64,000 nucleotides of DNA from Novosphingobium sp. (GCA_027311705.1 DAICYJ010000133.1:2217-66216), one strand, 5' to 3'. Positions 39,753-50,759 are shown, numbered from the stretch's first letter. Numbers and translations are program-made. The notes: generated by a model from the sequence alone, not told the origin.

Positions 39753-40228
39753 GCGCGGGCGGCCTGTTCGCTGTCGATCAGCATGAAGATGCCGGCGGCA
39801 TGAGCGACCGGATCGGTCGGATCGCCATCGTGCGCCACGCCGCGCACGAACGCCATGCTGCGGCGCACCTGATAACATTCGCAGCGGGCGACCACGGTCT
39901 TGCCGGGCTGTGCCGCGCGAACGTAGTCGATCCGCAAGTCCAGCGTGACATGCGGGGTAAAACCGCCACGCCGCGCCCAGACCGACAGCGACGTGCAGTT
40001 ATCGAGCAGGCTGATGACCGGCCCCGACGCCAAAACGCCGGTTTCCTCAACGCCGACAAGATCTTCACGCCACGGCAGCGCGGTTTCGACCCAGTCGTCA
40101 CCATGCGCCAGATACGTCAAGCCCAGGAATTCGTTGTGGCCAAGCTTGCATGCCAGCGCGGCAATCCCGGCAAGGTCGAACGGTGCCTTTTCAATGGCAG
40201 GCGACGGGCGTTCGGGTGCATCATCCAT
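39749..40228 (-). CDS. PaaI family thioesterase
   Basis: GVLASG...LLD, TLDLRIDYVR. Confidence 0.85.
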   Translation of the reverse strand: MDDAPERPSPAIEKAPFDLAGIAALACKLGHNEFLGLTYLAHGDDWVETALPWREDLVGVEETGVLASGPVISLLDNCTSLSVWARRGGFTPHVTLDLRIDYVRAAQPGKTVVARCECYQVRRSMAFVRGVAHDGDPTDPVAHAAGIFMLIDSEQAARA

Positions 40229-40346
40229 GGCGCCTTGGTGCAGTTCACGCGGGCCGATTACAACCTTTTAATTTCCCAGCGCAGGCCATGCGACGCACAT
40301 TCCAGAGGCCGGCAGGACGCCGGTTTTTCCATGGAGGACCAAAGGG

Positions 40347-40496
40347 ATGGAATTACCCAAGCTTTCACTTGCGGCGCTGCCGCAGCTCGCCACCGCGACC
40401 GGCGTTTACGGCAGCACCGCCGAACGAAAAGGTCCGCTCGCGCTGGCCAGCGACCTGATCATCGTGATGATGGTCTATTCCTACAAGAAACCGTGA
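40347..40496 (+). CDS. 49-aa small peptide, candidate RiPP precursor (MELPKLSLAALPQLATATGVYGSTAERKGPLALASDLIIVMMVYSYKKP)
   Basis: GGAGG RBS at 40333-40337, ATG 40347, TGA 40494-40496; 19 bp before the next gene; below the ORF-track size cutoff. Confidence 0.75.
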   Translation: MELPKLSLAALPQLATATGVYGSTAERKGPLALASDLIIVMMVYSYKKP

Positions 40497-40515
40497 CCTT
40501 CGGGGAGCCGGCATT

Positions 40516-41463
40516 ATGCGCATCGACACCACCCTTGCTGCCTTGCGCGATGATCCGGCTCCTGTAATCCGCGCCGCCGATGCGGCAGACGCGGCACTGG
40601 CCCGATGGCGCACCACACCCGCTGCGGCGCGCCTGCTGGCGGAACTTGCCGCCTATGGCGCGGGCGGGGATCTGCGGGAATGCCCGCACCTGTCGAACTT
40701 GATGGGCAATGGCGATGCCGGGGCAGTCCACACGATGCTGGCGGACTTGTGCACTGTGTTGGCGGATCATCCGCTGGGCCAGCCGGCGCTGGCTGCCACG
40801 CGTTCGGCGGGGGCGTGCCGGATGACGCTGGCGTCCGCAGGCCGGGCCTCGCTGTCACTGGCGCTGGCGGAGCCGACACGTTGCGATGCCGATGCGCCCG
40901 ATCATGCCGTGTTCGGTGGCGGCCAGATGCAACTTCGCGTCCTTGCCGGCGCGGCGCGGGGATTTCTCGCCAGTCGCGATGGCGAATTGGTGCCGGTTCA
41001 ACTGGCCACCGGGTTCGCCTGCGCGCTCGATCTCGATCGGCGGACGCTGGAACTGGCGGAGGTGGACAGCCCGCTGGTGACGCTGCGGCTGCACCGGCGT
41101 GCAGCGGATGCAGGCGTGCTTCAGGACATTGCGCTCACCGATGGAGCGGTGCTGGCGCAATCGGCGGACGACCCGCGCGAAAGCCGGATCGAGATGGCGA
41201 TGGCTCTGCTGGGCCGCATGGGCCGCACCGATGCGGCCCCGATACTCGCCGCCTGTTCGCGTGAAGGCAGCGCGCCGCGCCGCTGGCAGGCGCTGCGCGA
41301 ATGCCTCGCGCTCGATACCGCCACAGGATTTGCCGCGCTGCTGGAAACGATGGAGCGGCCGGACGATCCCCTGCGCGCCGATGCGCGCGCGCTGGCTGAA
41401 GCGTTGGCATCGCAACACCCCGCGCTCGCGCGCATGATGGAGGATGTCACATGCCCCGCGTGA
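40516..41463 (+). CDS. degenerate cupin-like + HEAT-repeat protein
   Basis: GGGAG RBS; beta-rich core without HxH; HEAT-like C-terminus (MALLGRMGR...RWQALRECLAL). Confidence 0.75.
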   Translation: MRIDTTLAALRDDPAPVIRAADAADAALARWRTTPAAARLLAELAAYGAGGDLRECPHLSNLMGNGDAGAVHTMLADLCTVLADHPLGQPALAATRSAGACRMTLASAGRASLSLALAEPTRCDADAPDHAVFGGGQMQLRVLAGAARGFLASRDGELVPVQLATGFACALDLDRRTLELAEVDSPLVTLRLHRRAADAGVLQDIALTDGAVLAQSADDPRESRIEMAMALLGRMGRTDAAPILAACSREGSAPRRWQALRECLALDTATGFAALLETMERPDDPLRADARALAEALASQHPALARMMEDVTCPA

Positions 41464-42347
41464 TCGATTTCGCCACGCCGCCCGCATCCATCAGCCTTGC
41501 CGAATGCGCAAACCGGCTCGCCACGCGCGGGTTCGATCCTGCCGACGAGGACAGCCTGCTGGCCGGGGCGGAAGCGCTCAAGGCGCTGGGCGGCAACCCC
41601 ACATTCCTGGGCGATCTGCTGATCGACAACCTCAAGGCAGGATATCGCGACGAAGCCACCAACGCCTATGGCCCCCAAGTGGTCATGCTGGCCAATCCCG
41701 CCGACGACTGTTTCCTGCGCGCGAACATCTGGCCCTCTCGCGAAGACGGGATGCTGGCAGCCAGCGGCGGCGATGCATTTGCCTTCGCCATGCCGCACGA
41801 TCACAACTTCAGCTTCCTGACGCTGGGCTATTTCGGCCCCGGTTATTGGAGCGACTATTACGAGTTCGACTACGAGGATGTGGCGGGCTGGACCGGCGAG
41901 CCGGTCGACCTGCGCTTCACCGAACGCGCGCGGCTCTCGCCCGGCAAGGTATTGCTTTATCGCGCGCACCGCGACGTCCACGTGCAGCACCCGGCCGACG
42001 CGCTTTCTGTGTCGATCAACGTGATGCACACCGCGCCGCATCAGAACTGGTTCGACCAGTACTCCTTCGACACCAGTACCCGCACCGTCAGCGGGATCGT
42101 GACGCAAGGCGCGAGCGAGGTGGCGCTGCGGCTGGCCGTGGCGTTGGGGATAGGCGAGGGGCAGGACGTCGCGCGCGACTTAGCCCGCCATCATCCCAGC
42201 GACCGGATGCGGCTGGCGGCGTGGGAAGCGCTTGCGGGCGGAGCGCCCGATCTTGCATCTCGTGATGCGGTGTGGCGCGATGCCGAACGTACCGGCAACC
42301 GCATGGTGGCGGGCGAGGCCGCGCGGCGGCGGCGGGAACTGGCCTAG
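41451..42347 (+). CDS. cupin metalloenzyme (cysteine-dioxygenase-like 3-His site) + HEAT repeat
   Basis: PHDHNFSFLT...DVHVQHP...SVSINV; C-terminal HHPSDRMRLAAWEAL; GGAGG RBS, overlaps the upstream gene. Confidence 0.8.
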   Translation: MPRVIDFATPPASISLAECANRLATRGFDPADEDSLLAGAEALKALGGNPTFLGDLLIDNLKAGYRDEATNAYGPQVVMLANPADDCFLRANIWPSREDGMLAASGGDAFAFAMPHDHNFSFLTLGYFGPGYWSDYYEFDYEDVAGWTGEPVDLRFTERARLSPGKVLLYRAHRDVHVQHPADALSVSINVMHTAPHQNWFDQYSFDTSTRTVSGIVTQGASEVALRLAVALGIGEGQDVARDLARHHPSDRMRLAAWEALAGGAPDLASRDAVWRDAERTGNRMVAGEAARRRRELA

Positions 42348-42811
42348 AACGCACTGCCCATTAGCGCGTCGATCGCGCCTTGCAGGATCAGTGCAGCAGC
42401 GTGCGAATCGATGCGTTCGGCGCGGCGGGCACGGCTGAAATCCTGTTCGATCATCGCGCGTTCGGCGGCCTGCGTGCTCCAGCGTTCGTCCCACATCAGG
42501 ATCGGCAGGCCAAGGTCTTCCAGATTGCGCGCCATCGCCCGCGCGCCCTGGCTGCGCGGGCTTTCGCTGCCGTCCATGTTGAGCGGCAGGCCCACGACCA
42601 TGCCGGCCACACCGCGTTCGATAATCTGCTCGCGGATCAGCGCCTTGTCCGCAGTGAACTTGCGCCGCATGATCGTCTTGCCGGCGGTGGCAAAGCGCCA
42701 GCCCGGATCGCATATGGCCACGCCGATGGTCTTCGTGCCGGTATCCAGCCCGATCAGCGCACCGCGTTGCGGCAGCGCGTCGCGCATTTCAGGCATGGAT
42801 GTAGTGATCAT
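42344..42811 (-). CDS. ruvX: RuvX/YqgF nuclease
   Basis: GLDTGTKTIGVA, VGLPLNMDG, WDERWST, IDSHAAALILQ. Confidence 0.93.
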   Translation of the reverse strand: MITTSMPEMRDALPQRGALIGLDTGTKTIGVAICDPGWRFATAGKTIMRRKFTADKALIREQIIERGVAGMVVGLPLNMDGSESPRSQGARAMARNLEDLGLPILMWDERWSTQAAERAMIEQDFSRARRAERIDSHAAALILQGAIDALMGSAF

Positions 42812-43926
42812 TTGGAGCGCGCGGCGACCCATGCCGCTTCGCGCCGGGCCACATCGGCGCGAACATCGGTCCAGAACAATGGGTAGTCGTAAACGTGGTA
42901 GTTGTTGCCGGGCAGCACATAGGGACCCATGTCCGGCCCGTTGCCCAGCATCAGCAATCCGGTTTTGGCGTCGCAACGCGCGCCCACGGCCTGGGCCACG
43001 ATCTTGCCGCTCTTGAGGTCGGGCGAGGGCACCATCGTGCCCAGATTGGCCTGCGCCGGGGCATCGGGCGCCGCGCCGCCATTCAGCGGATTGGTGCAAA
43101 CCACCGCCTCGGTGCCGCGCGGCTTGCCATCCAGGCCAACGCTTGCGTGATAGGCATTGAGCATTACCGCCGAATCGGCCGGTTCGGCAAAGCTGAGCCA
43201 GCTCAACAGGCATCCTGCCTGATCCGGGCCCTTGCAAGCCGAAACGCCCATTGCGGACAAGTCGTGCTGCGGGGAGACTGGCCAGCCGACGGCATAGATG
43301 GCGACGATCCGCTTTTCGAGGGCGGTGCCCTTCACCTTTTCCTTCACCAGCCGAAGCAGGTGCAGCGATCCCTGACTGTGGCCGGCCAGCACGATCGGCG
43401 CGTCGGCGGGCACCTGTTTCACGAACGCGTCGAAGGCCTGCGCCACATCGGCATAGGCGATGGCGAGGGCCTGGCGCGATTCGGGCCGATCGACGAGGAA
43501 GCTGCCGAACGCGGCCTGGCGATAGCGCGGCACCCAGATCGCGGAACTGCCGTTGAATGCGCTGGCCATGCCCTGCACGAACAACTGCGCGCGCATATGC
43601 GAATCGCGGTCGTCTATGGGGCCGTTCCAGCGGTCACGGGCGAGGTAGCTCGACGGATGGATGAAGAACACCCACGCCTTGCCCGGCATGTCGGCCCGCG
43701 CGCCTTCGGGCAGGTATCGCGAGGGATCGTCGGCGATGCCGGGGCGCGAAATCCACATCGCCGGATCGTCATAGGCATTGGCGGCCAGCGGCGGCAATTG
43801 TTCGAACGATCCGCGCGGCACGAAGGTAAACTCGGTCAATTCCTTCGACCAGATGCGCAGCACCAGCAGCGCTGCGATGATCAATCCGACGAGGATCGCC
43901 ACGAAATAGAGGAACTTGCGCGCCAT
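42808..43926 (-). CDS. DUF3089 alpha/beta hydrolase
   Basis: FFIHP, PRYRQA, AGHSQG, NYHVYDY. Confidence 0.85.
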   Translation of the reverse strand: MARKFLYFVAILVGLIIAALLVLRIWSKELTEFTFVPRGSFEQLPPLAANAYDDPAMWISRPGIADDPSRYLPEGARADMPGKAWVFFIHPSSYLARDRWNGPIDDRDSHMRAQLFVQGMASAFNGSSAIWVPRYRQAAFGSFLVDRPESRQALAIAYADVAQAFDAFVKQVPADAPIVLAGHSQGSLHLLRLVKEKVKGTALEKRIVAIYAVGWPVSPQHDLSAMGVSACKGPDQAGCLLSWLSFAEPADSAVMLNAYHASVGLDGKPRGTEAVVCTNPLNGGAAPDAPAQANLGTMVPSPDLKSGKIVAQAVGARCDAKTGLLMLGNGPDMGPYVLPGNNYHVYDYPLFWTDVRADVARREAAWVAARSK

Positions 43927-43931
43927 GGGTG

Positions 43932-45023
43932 TTAGGGTGCGTCAACCGCAGAACCAGAGCGGTCGTTACGTTCCGCCTGCCGTTCCAGCGCGATTTTTAA
44001 CATGGCGACCAGCGGGTCGGCGAGCGCCAGACCAAGGATGCCGAACATCACGCCGAAGATGAGCTGCGCGCCCAGCACCAGCGCGGGGGCAAGGTCCGCC
44101 GTGCGCTTGGCCACCATCGGCACGATGATGTTGCCGTCCACCGTCTGCACCACAAGGTAGACCGCGATGCAGTAGATCCCCATCGTCGTGCCGCCCGAAA
44201 AGCCCACCAGCACCATCAGCAAGCCTGAAATGGGCGCGCCGATATTGGGCAGGAACGCCAGCAACCCGGTCAGGATGCCCAGCAAGGCCGCCATCGGCAC
44301 GCCGTAAAGCGCCAGCGCGATCCACGTCGCCACCCCTTCGGTCGCCATGCCGATCAGGCGGCCGAACAGCAGCATGCGCAGCGAACGGCCCATGCGGTGG
44401 GCGGTGCCGTGCCAGTTTTCGCGCGTCGATTCGGGCAGCATCCATGCCAGCCCGCGCTGGTAGATATCGGGTTCGAGCACGAAATAGATGCCCAGAATCA
44501 TGATCAGGAAAGCTGTGGTGAACCCGCCCAATATACCGCCGAGAGCCTGCGTGACGGGGCCAACGCCGCCGATGGCCTGTTCGGCAAGCTTCGAAAAGTC
44601 AGGCTCGCCCACCAGAAGGCCCTTGGTGTGCGCATAGTCCAGCAGGCGCTGCGATTGCGCCTGGATAATGGCGGGGAACTGTGCGGCCTGTTCGGCAATC
44701 TGGTTGCCGGCAAACATGAAAAGCCACACCATCAGCCCGACCGCGCACAGCAACACGATGGTAATGCGCAATCCCCGACCAACCGGCAGAACCCGGCGCA
44801 GCAGGCGCTGTCCGCCATCAATGAGTGCGGCAAAAACCACGCCGCCGAAGATCACCAGCAGCGGCTGCGCCAGGAACACCGCGAGCGCCACGAAAGCCAC
44901 CATGCCGATCCACACGGCGGCCTTCTTGGCCTCCTTGCGCACGATGTCGTCGCGAATGTCGGTTGGACCCGGGTTGGCCGCCGTCGTTGGCAAACCGGCA
45001 TTCTCGCCAGCACTTTCCATCAT
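43932..45023 (-). CDS. AI-2E family transporter
   Basis: Polytopic; LLAFLPNIG, VQTVDGNII.P, GILGLALA.P. Confidence 0.88.
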   Translation of the reverse strand: MMESAGENAGLPTTAANPGPTDIRDDIVRKEAKKAAVWIGMVAFVALAVFLAQPLLVIFGGVVFAALIDGGQRLLRRVLPVGRGLRITIVLLCAVGLMVWLFMFAGNQIAEQAAQFPAIIQAQSQRLLDYAHTKGLLVGEPDFSKLAEQAIGGVGPVTQALGGILGGFTTAFLIMILGIYFVLEPDIYQRGLAWMLPESTRENWHGTAHRMGRSLRMLLFGRLIGMATEGVATWIALALYGVPMAALLGILTGLLAFLPNIGAPISGLLMVLVGFSGGTTMGIYCIAVYLVVQTVDGNIIVPMVAKRTADLAPALVLGAQLIFGVMFGILGLALADPLVAMLKIALERQAERNDRSGSAVDAP

Positions 45024-45958
45024 TACTTCCCTGCCGGCTTCGTCACGATTGTCGGTGCGATCATGGGGCGCAGTCTGGTCCACGAACGGTTCGTGCGCAA
45101 GGCACCCCACCAGCTTGCGGGAGACCAGCTTTCGCTACCATTGAATGAAAATGTCACGAACTCAGCACGTCCGCCAACGTCCGAGAGCGGAACTGGACCG
45201 CCAAGCCCCTCTTCCTCGGTGGGCACGCGGCTGTCGGCCGAATGATCGCGATTGTCGCCCATCAGGAACACGCGGCCAGCCGGAATGCGCAGTTCGGCCA
45301 TGTTGTCGAACCGCTGCTGCATGTGGTCGATCACGCGATAGGTCGCGCCATTGGGCAGCGTTTCGCGCAGAATCGGCAGCTCGCAATAAAAGCGCCCATC
45401 TGCGGCGCGGAAACGCAATCCGGGAAATTCCTCCGGCGCGCACGGCTGGTTGGCGTCGACCGGCAGTTCCAGCGGCGGTTCCACCACTTGCGGCACCGGC
45501 TTGCCGTTCAACACGACCTGCCCATTGATCACGGCGATGCGGTCGCCCGGCAGGCCGATCACCCGCTTGATGTAATCGTCCTCGCGGCCTTTGGGCACCA
45601 CGATCACGATGTCGCCATATTCGGGCGTGCGGCCCAGCAGCTTGGCGTTTGATCGGGGCAGGACGTGGAACGAGGCGGAAACCCACGACCAGCCATAGGG
45701 ATACTTCGACACCACCAGCCGGTCGCCCACCAGCAGGTTGGGCATCATCGAGATCGAGGGGATGTAGAACGGCTTGGCGATCAGGCTGTGGAACGCGATC
45801 ACGGCGAGCAGCATCATCGCCAGCCCGCGCAATTCGGCCAGCCAGTTGGTGCTGCGCGCATCCGCATCGCCTGGATCGCTCGCAGGAATGTCGATCGGTG
45901 CCAATGCTTCGGGAGTGGGCGGTGCGCCGGTTTCAACCGTTATCCGGTCTTCGCTCAT
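45023..45958 (-). CDS. lepB: signal peptidase I
   Basis: [34 protein letters not shown]. Confidence 0.95.
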   Translation of the reverse strand: MSEDRITVETGAPPTPEALAPIDIPASDPGDADARSTNWLAELRGLAMMLLAVIAFHSLIAKPFYIPSISMMPNLLVGDRLVVSKYPYGWSWVSASFHVLPRSNAKLLGRTPEYGDIVIVVPKGREDDYIKRVIGLPGDRIAVINGQVVLNGKPVPQVVEPPLELPVDANQPCAPEEFPGLRFRAADGRFYCELPILRETLPNGATYRVIDHMQQRFDNMAELRIPAGRVFLMGDNRDHSADSRVPTEEEGLGGPVPLSDVGGRAEFVTFSFNGSESWSPASWWGALRTNRSWTRLRPMIAPTIVTKPAGK

Positions 45959-46371
45959 GCGGCACCCGGCGAAAGCGGCCGCGCCTCGATCACCACGAAG
46001 GCCTGCGCCCAGGGGTGATCGTCGGTCAGCGTCAGGTGGACGACCGCCTCGTGCCCTGCGGGGGTAATCGCCGCCAGCCGCGCGGCCGCCCCGCCGGTCA
46101 GCGCCAGGGTCGGCGCGCCGGATCGGGCATTGACCACGCCGATGTCCTTCATGAACACGCCCGCCTTGAACCCGGTGCCAACCGCCTTGGAAAACGCCTC
46201 CTTGGCAGCGAATCGCTTGGCCAGCGTGCCTGCCTTGGTGAACGGCCGCCGCGCCGCCTTGGCGCGCTCGATCTCGGTAAACACGCGATTCTCGAACCGC
46301 TCGCCAAACCGGTCGAGTGACGCCTGGATACGCTCGATGTTGCAGAGGTCTGATCCGATGGCGACGATCAT
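45955..46371 (-). CDS. acpS: holo-ACP synthase
   Basis: [21 protein letters not shown]. Confidence 0.95.
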   Translation of the reverse strand: MIVAIGSDLCNIERIQASLDRFGERFENRVFTEIERAKAARRPFTKAGTLAKRFAAKEAFSKAVGTGFKAGVFMKDIGVVNARSGAPTLALTGGAAARLAAITPAGHEAVVHLTLTDDHPWAQAFVVIEARPLSPGAA

Positions 46372-47129
46372 CCCGCAGCCGCCGCCGGGCGCGCATCGTC
46401 CATCAATTCCCGCATCCGCCGCACCGCGCTTTCCAGCCCGACGAAGATCGCCTCGCCGATCAGGTAGTGCCCGATGTTCAGCTCGGCCAGCTGCGTAATG
46501 GCGGCGACCGCCTGCACATTGTCGTAGGTCAGGCCGTGTCCGGCATGGGGCTCGATGCCGTTGCGCGCGGCCAGCGCGGCCATGTCGGACAAGCGTTGCA
46601 GTTCATGCGCGCGCGCTTCGCCCTCGGCATGGGCGTATTCGCCCGTATGCAGTTCCACCACCGGCGCGCGCAGCTTCATCGCCGCTTCGATCTGGCGCGG
46701 TTCGGGCGCGATGAACAGGCTGACGCGGATGCCGGCATCAGTCAGCCGCGCGACAATGGGGGCCAGCCGGTTGTGCAGCCCTGCCGCGTCGAGCCCGCCT
46801 TCGGTCGTGCGCTCCTCGCGCCGTTCGGGCACGATGCAGGCGGCGTGAGGCTTGTGACGCAGCGCAATCGCCAGCATCTCGTCGGTTGCGGCCATTTCGA
46901 AGTTCAGTGGCAGGTTCGTCGCTGCCTGAATTCGGGCAATATCCTCGTCGCGGATGTGTCGGCGATCCTCGCGCAAGTGCGCGGTAATGCCGTCGCCGCC
47001 CACCGCCGCCACGATCTCCGCCGCCCGCACCGGATCGGGATGGTCCCCGCCGCGCGCGTTGCGGATGGTGGCGACGTGATCGATGTTCACGCCCAGCCGC
47101 AGCCGCGCCGGGGTCAGCGCACTGGTCAC
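46368..47129 (-). CDS. pdxJ: pyridoxine 5'-phosphate synthase
   Basis: [31 protein letters not shown]. Confidence 0.97.
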   Translation of the reverse strand: MTSALTPARLRLGVNIDHVATIRNARGGDHPDPVRAAEIVAAVGGDGITAHLREDRRHIRDEDIARIQAATNLPLNFEMAATDEMLAIALRHKPHAACIVPERREERTTEGGLDAAGLHNRLAPIVARLTDAGIRVSLFIAPEPRQIEAAMKLRAPVVELHTGEYAHAEGEARAHELQRLSDMAALAARNGIEPHAGHGLTYDNVQAVAAITQLAELNIGHYLIGEAIFVGLESAVRRMRELMDDARPAAAAG

Positions 47130-47710
47130 GCCTGCGCCCGGCTGCCGGGCTTGATCGCCGGAGTGGCGGCGAGGCTGGCGGGCACTTCTTCGGGTGCGTA
47201 GGTCGGGAAATTGAACGCCACCAGCGGGAAGAACGGCACGCCCAGATCGACCGTCCCGGCAGAACGATCGATGAGCGCTGCCCCGGCGACCACTTCAGCC
47301 CCCGTCGCTTCGATGGCCTTGATCGCCTCACGGCTGGAAAGCCCGGTGGTCACCACGTCCTCCACCATCAGCACCTTGTCGCCCGGCGCCAGTGCAAAGC
47401 CCCGGCGCAGTTCGAACGTGCCGGTCGGCCGTTCGACGAACATGGCCTCCACGCCCAGCGCGCGGCCCATTTCATGGCCGATGATCACCCCGCCCATTGC
47501 GGGCGAAACCACCTTTGTTATCTGCTGGCGAATGTCGCGCGGCAGCTTTGCCGCCAGCGCCCCCGCCAGCCGCGCGGCGCGCGTCGGCTCCATCAGCACG
47601 CGGGCGCATTGCAGGTAATGTGCGCTGTGCCGGCCTGACGAGAGCAGGAAATGCCCTTCCAGCAGGGCTTGGCTGGCCCGGAATTCGGCGAGAATTTCGT
47701 CTTCCTGCAT
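47126..47710 (-). CDS. pyrE: orotate phosphoribosyltransferase
   Basis: [19 protein letters not shown]. Confidence 0.95.
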   Translation of the reverse strand: MQEDEILAEFRASQALLEGHFLLSSGRHSAHYLQCARVLMEPTRAARLAGALAAKLPRDIRQQITKVVSPAMGGVIIGHEMGRALGVEAMFVERPTGTFELRRGFALAPGDKVLMVEDVVTTGLSSREAIKAIEATGAEVVAGAALIDRSAGTVDLGVPFFPLVAFNFPTYAPEEVPASLAATPAIKPGSRAQA

Positions 47711-47965
47711 GGCGTGTTCCATCATCGACCGGCGCAGCCGCCGTGACTCTATAATACAGGGGCGTGCAAATGGCCCGTGCCTGCACCATCGGCAAGTGAT
47801 TTTAGCAAGGTGTCCCATAGGGCTTGCCGGGGGTGGAAAAATATGCGCAACGCTGCTTGAGGCTTGGGGCGACCGCGCGTATAGGCCGGTCAATTCAGGG
47901 TACCAATGGGGTTGCACGTGCGCCATCCGGCCGGGTGCAAACAGGGAAAAGCGGAACATTTGACG

Positions 47966-49024
47966 ATGAGTCTTGCCGAGAACGCCCGTCGCATGGGCAA
48001 AGCGATCCGCCACTTCGGCCTTGCCACTTTTGGCATGGCTGCTGCGCTCTCGATCGCTCCGCAAGCGATGGCGGCACAGGCCGCTGCGCCTGCACCCGTC
48101 GCTGCCGAGCCGGTTGCAGCCGCGCCTGCCGCTCCGATGGCTCCGGCCGTCACTGCATCGCCCGCGGCGCAAGCTGCCGCGACGACAGCCGCTGCCGACA
48201 AATACGTGCCCATGAAGCCCACGCCGGGCAAGGGTCAGCCAGTCGACGGTGGAATTGGTTTCCAGGACCAGTATTCGCCCACCGGCAAGCAGGCGCTGGC
48301 GATGCACGATTACCTGCTGATGCCGGTCATCACCGTCATCACGCTGTTCGTGCTGTTCCTGCTGCTTCTCGTCATGGCCAAGTTCCGCCGCGCCAAGAAC
48401 CCGGTCGCTTCGAAGACCAGCCACAACACGCTGATCGAAGTCGTGTGGACGCTGGTTCCGGTGCTGATCCTCGTGGTCATGGCGGTTCCTTCGATCCGCC
48501 TGCTCGCCCAGCAGTACAAGCCCGCACCCAAGGGCGCGCTGACCGTGAAGGTCACCGGCTACCAGTGGTACTGGGGCTACACCTATCCCGACAACGGCGG
48601 CTTCGAAGTCGTTTCGAACATGCTGTCCGATGCCGACGCGGTCAAGAACGGCGAGATGCCGCAGCTTGCCGTCGACAACCGCATGGTCGTTCCCGTTGGC
48701 GAACCGATCCGTCTGCAGACCACCGGTTCGGACGTGATCCACTCGTTCTCGGTTCCGTCGCTGTGGTTCAAGCTTGATGCCGTGCCCGGTCGTATCAACG
48801 AGAAGGTGCTGATCATCAACGAGCCCGGCGTGTATTACGGCCAGTGTTCGGAACTGTGCGGCGTTCGCCACGGCTACATGCCGATCGCGGTCGAGGCTCT
48901 GCCCCGTCCGAAGTTCGAGGCCTGGGTGAAGGAACAGGGCGGCACCGTTGGCCCCGCGGCAGCAGCACCTGCAGCCGCCGCTCCGGCACCCGCCGCCGCT
49001 GCTTCGCCGGCCCCGGCCGCTTAA
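47966..49024 (+). CDS. ctaC: cytochrome c oxidase subunit II
   Basis: QWYW, DVIHS, CuA motif CSELCGVRHGYM. Confidence 0.96.
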   Translation: MSLAENARRMGKAIRHFGLATFGMAAALSIAPQAMAAQAAAPAPVAAEPVAAAPAAPMAPAVTASPAAQAAATTAAADKYVPMKPTPGKGQPVDGGIGFQDQYSPTGKQALAMHDYLLMPVITVITLFVLFLLLLVMAKFRRAKNPVASKTSHNTLIEVVWTLVPVLILVVMAVPSIRLLAQQYKPAPKGALTVKVTGYQWYWGYTYPDNGGFEVVSNMLSDADAVKNGEMPQLAVDNRMVVPVGEPIRLQTTGSDVIHSFSVPSLWFKLDAVPGRINEKVLIINEPGVYYGQCSELCGVRHGYMPIAVEALPRPKFEAWVKEQGGTVGPAAAAPAAAAPAPAAAASPAPAA

Positions 49025-49051
49025 GACTTATCAGGACAAGGTTCGACCGTC

Positions 49052-50740
49052 ATGGCCACCATTCCCGCCGATCACGAACACTTCGATGCGCATCACGATC
49101 ATGCGCACGATCATGACCACAAGCCGGCGTTCTTCGCTCGCTGGTTCATGTCGACCAACCACAAGGACATCGGCACGATGTACCTGATCTTCGCGATTTT
49201 CGCGGGGATCGTCGGCGGTGCCGTTTCGGGCATCATGCGCGTCGAACTGGCGCAGCCGGGCATTCAGTACCTTGGTGCCGTCGCCCAGTTCCTAGGTGAA
49301 AAGAACCCCAGCTTCGACCAGCAGCTCCACCTGTGGAACGTGCTGATCACCGCGCACGGCCTGATCATGGTGTTCTTCATGGTCATGCCCGCCATCATCG
49401 GCGGCTTCGGCAACTGGTTCGTGCCGCTCATGATCGGCGCGCCGGACATGGCGTTCCCGCGCATGAACAACATCTCGTTCTGGCTGACGGTAGCGGGCTT
49501 CTTCTCGCTGATGTTCTCGGCCTTCGTGCCGGGCGGCACGGGTAACGGCGCAGGCATCGGCTGGACGGCTTACGCTCCGCTTTCCACGTCTGGGTCGACC
49601 GGTCCTGCGGTAGACTTCGCGATCTTCTCGCTCCACCTTGCAGGCGCTGGCTCGATCCTGGGTGCGGTCAACTTCATCACCACCATCTTCAACATGCGCG
49701 CGCCGGGGATGACCCTGCACAAGATGCCGCTGTTCGTGTGGTCGGTGCTGGTCACCGCGTTCCTGCTCCTTCTGGCGCTGCCCGTCCTTGCCGCCGCGAT
49801 CACCATGCTGATCACCGACCGCAACTTCGGCACCACCTTCTTCGATGCGGCTGGCGGCGGCGATCCCGTCCTGTTCCAGCACCTGTTCTGGTTCTTCGGT
49901 CACCCCGAAGTGTACATCATGATCTTGCCGGGCTTCGGCATCATCAGCCAGATCATCTCGACCTTCAGCCGCAAGCCGGTGTTCGGCTATCTCGGCATGG
50001 CTTACGCGATGGTCGCCATCGGTGTCGTCGGCTTCATCGTGTGGGCGCACCACATGTATACGACCGGCCTCGACGTTAACACGAAGATGTACTTCACCGC
50101 CGCCACCATGGTCATCGCGGTGCCCACCGGCATCAAGATCTTCTCGTGGATCGCCACGATGTGGGGTGGCAGCCTTGAATTCAAATCGCCGATGATCTGG
50201 GCGATCGGCTTCATCTTCCTGTTCACGGTCGGCGGCGTTACCGGCGTCGTGCTCGCCAACGGCGGCATCGACGACAACCTGCAGGACACCTATTACGTGG
50301 TGGCGCACTTCCACTACGTGCTGTCGCTGGGCGCGGTGACCTCGCTCTTCGCCGGGTTCTACTACTGGTTCCCCAAGATGAGCGGCCGGATGCACTCCGA
50401 GTTCCTCGCCCACCTGCACTTCTGGGTGTTCTTCATCGGTGTGAACACGCTGTTCTTCCCGATGCACTTCCTGGGCATGCAGGGGATGCCGCGTCGCTAT
50501 CCCGATTACGCTCCGGCATTCGAAATGTGGAACAAGATCGCGACCGACGGCTACATGATCATGGCCGCCAGCATGGTGATCTTCTTCGTGAATGTCGCCT
50601 ACTCGCTGTTCGCCGGCAAGAAGGCCGTCGGCAACTATTGGGGCGAAGGCGCGACGACGCTGGAATGGACCCTGTCGAGCCCGCCGCCGTTCCACCAGTT
50701 CGAAACGCTGCCCGTCATCGACGACAACGCGCACCACTGA
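49052..50740 (+). CDS. ctaD: cytochrome c oxidase subunit I
   Basis: [28 protein letters not shown]. Confidence 0.98.
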   Translation: MATIPADHEHFDAHHDHAHDHDHKPAFFARWFMSTNHKDIGTMYLIFAIFAGIVGGAVSGIMRVELAQPGIQYLGAVAQFLGEKNPSFDQQLHLWNVLITAHGLIMVFFMVMPAIIGGFGNWFVPLMIGAPDMAFPRMNNISFWLTVAGFFSLMFSAFVPGGTGNGAGIGWTAYAPLSTSGSTGPAVDFAIFSLHLAGAGSILGAVNFITTIFNMRAPGMTLHKMPLFVWSVLVTAFLLLLALPVLAAAITMLITDRNFGTTFFDAAGGGDPVLFQHLFWFFGHPEVYIMILPGFGIISQIISTFSRKPVFGYLGMAYAMVAIGVVGFIVWAHHMYTTGLDVNTKMYFTAATMVIAVPTGIKIFSWIATMWGGSLEFKSPMIWAIGFIFLFTVGGVTGVVLANGGIDDNLQDTYYVVAHFHYVLSLGAVTSLFAGFYYWFPKMSGRMHSEFLAHLHFWVFFIGVNTLFFPMHFLGMQGMPRRYPDYAPAFEMWNKIATDGYMIMAASMVIFFVNVAYSLFAGKKAVGNYWGEGATTLEWTLSSPPPFHQFETLPVIDDNAHH

Positions 50741-50759
50741 TCGGTCCGCGCTGGCAAAC

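Noticed and set aside
41451-42347. Mobile-element interpretation of the cupin gene pair
   Set aside because: No DDE, HUH or recombinase motifs, no terminal repeats, host-like GC.
48050-48200. Ala/Pro-rich repeats in ctaC
   Set aside because: Ordinary low-complexity linker after the signal peptide.
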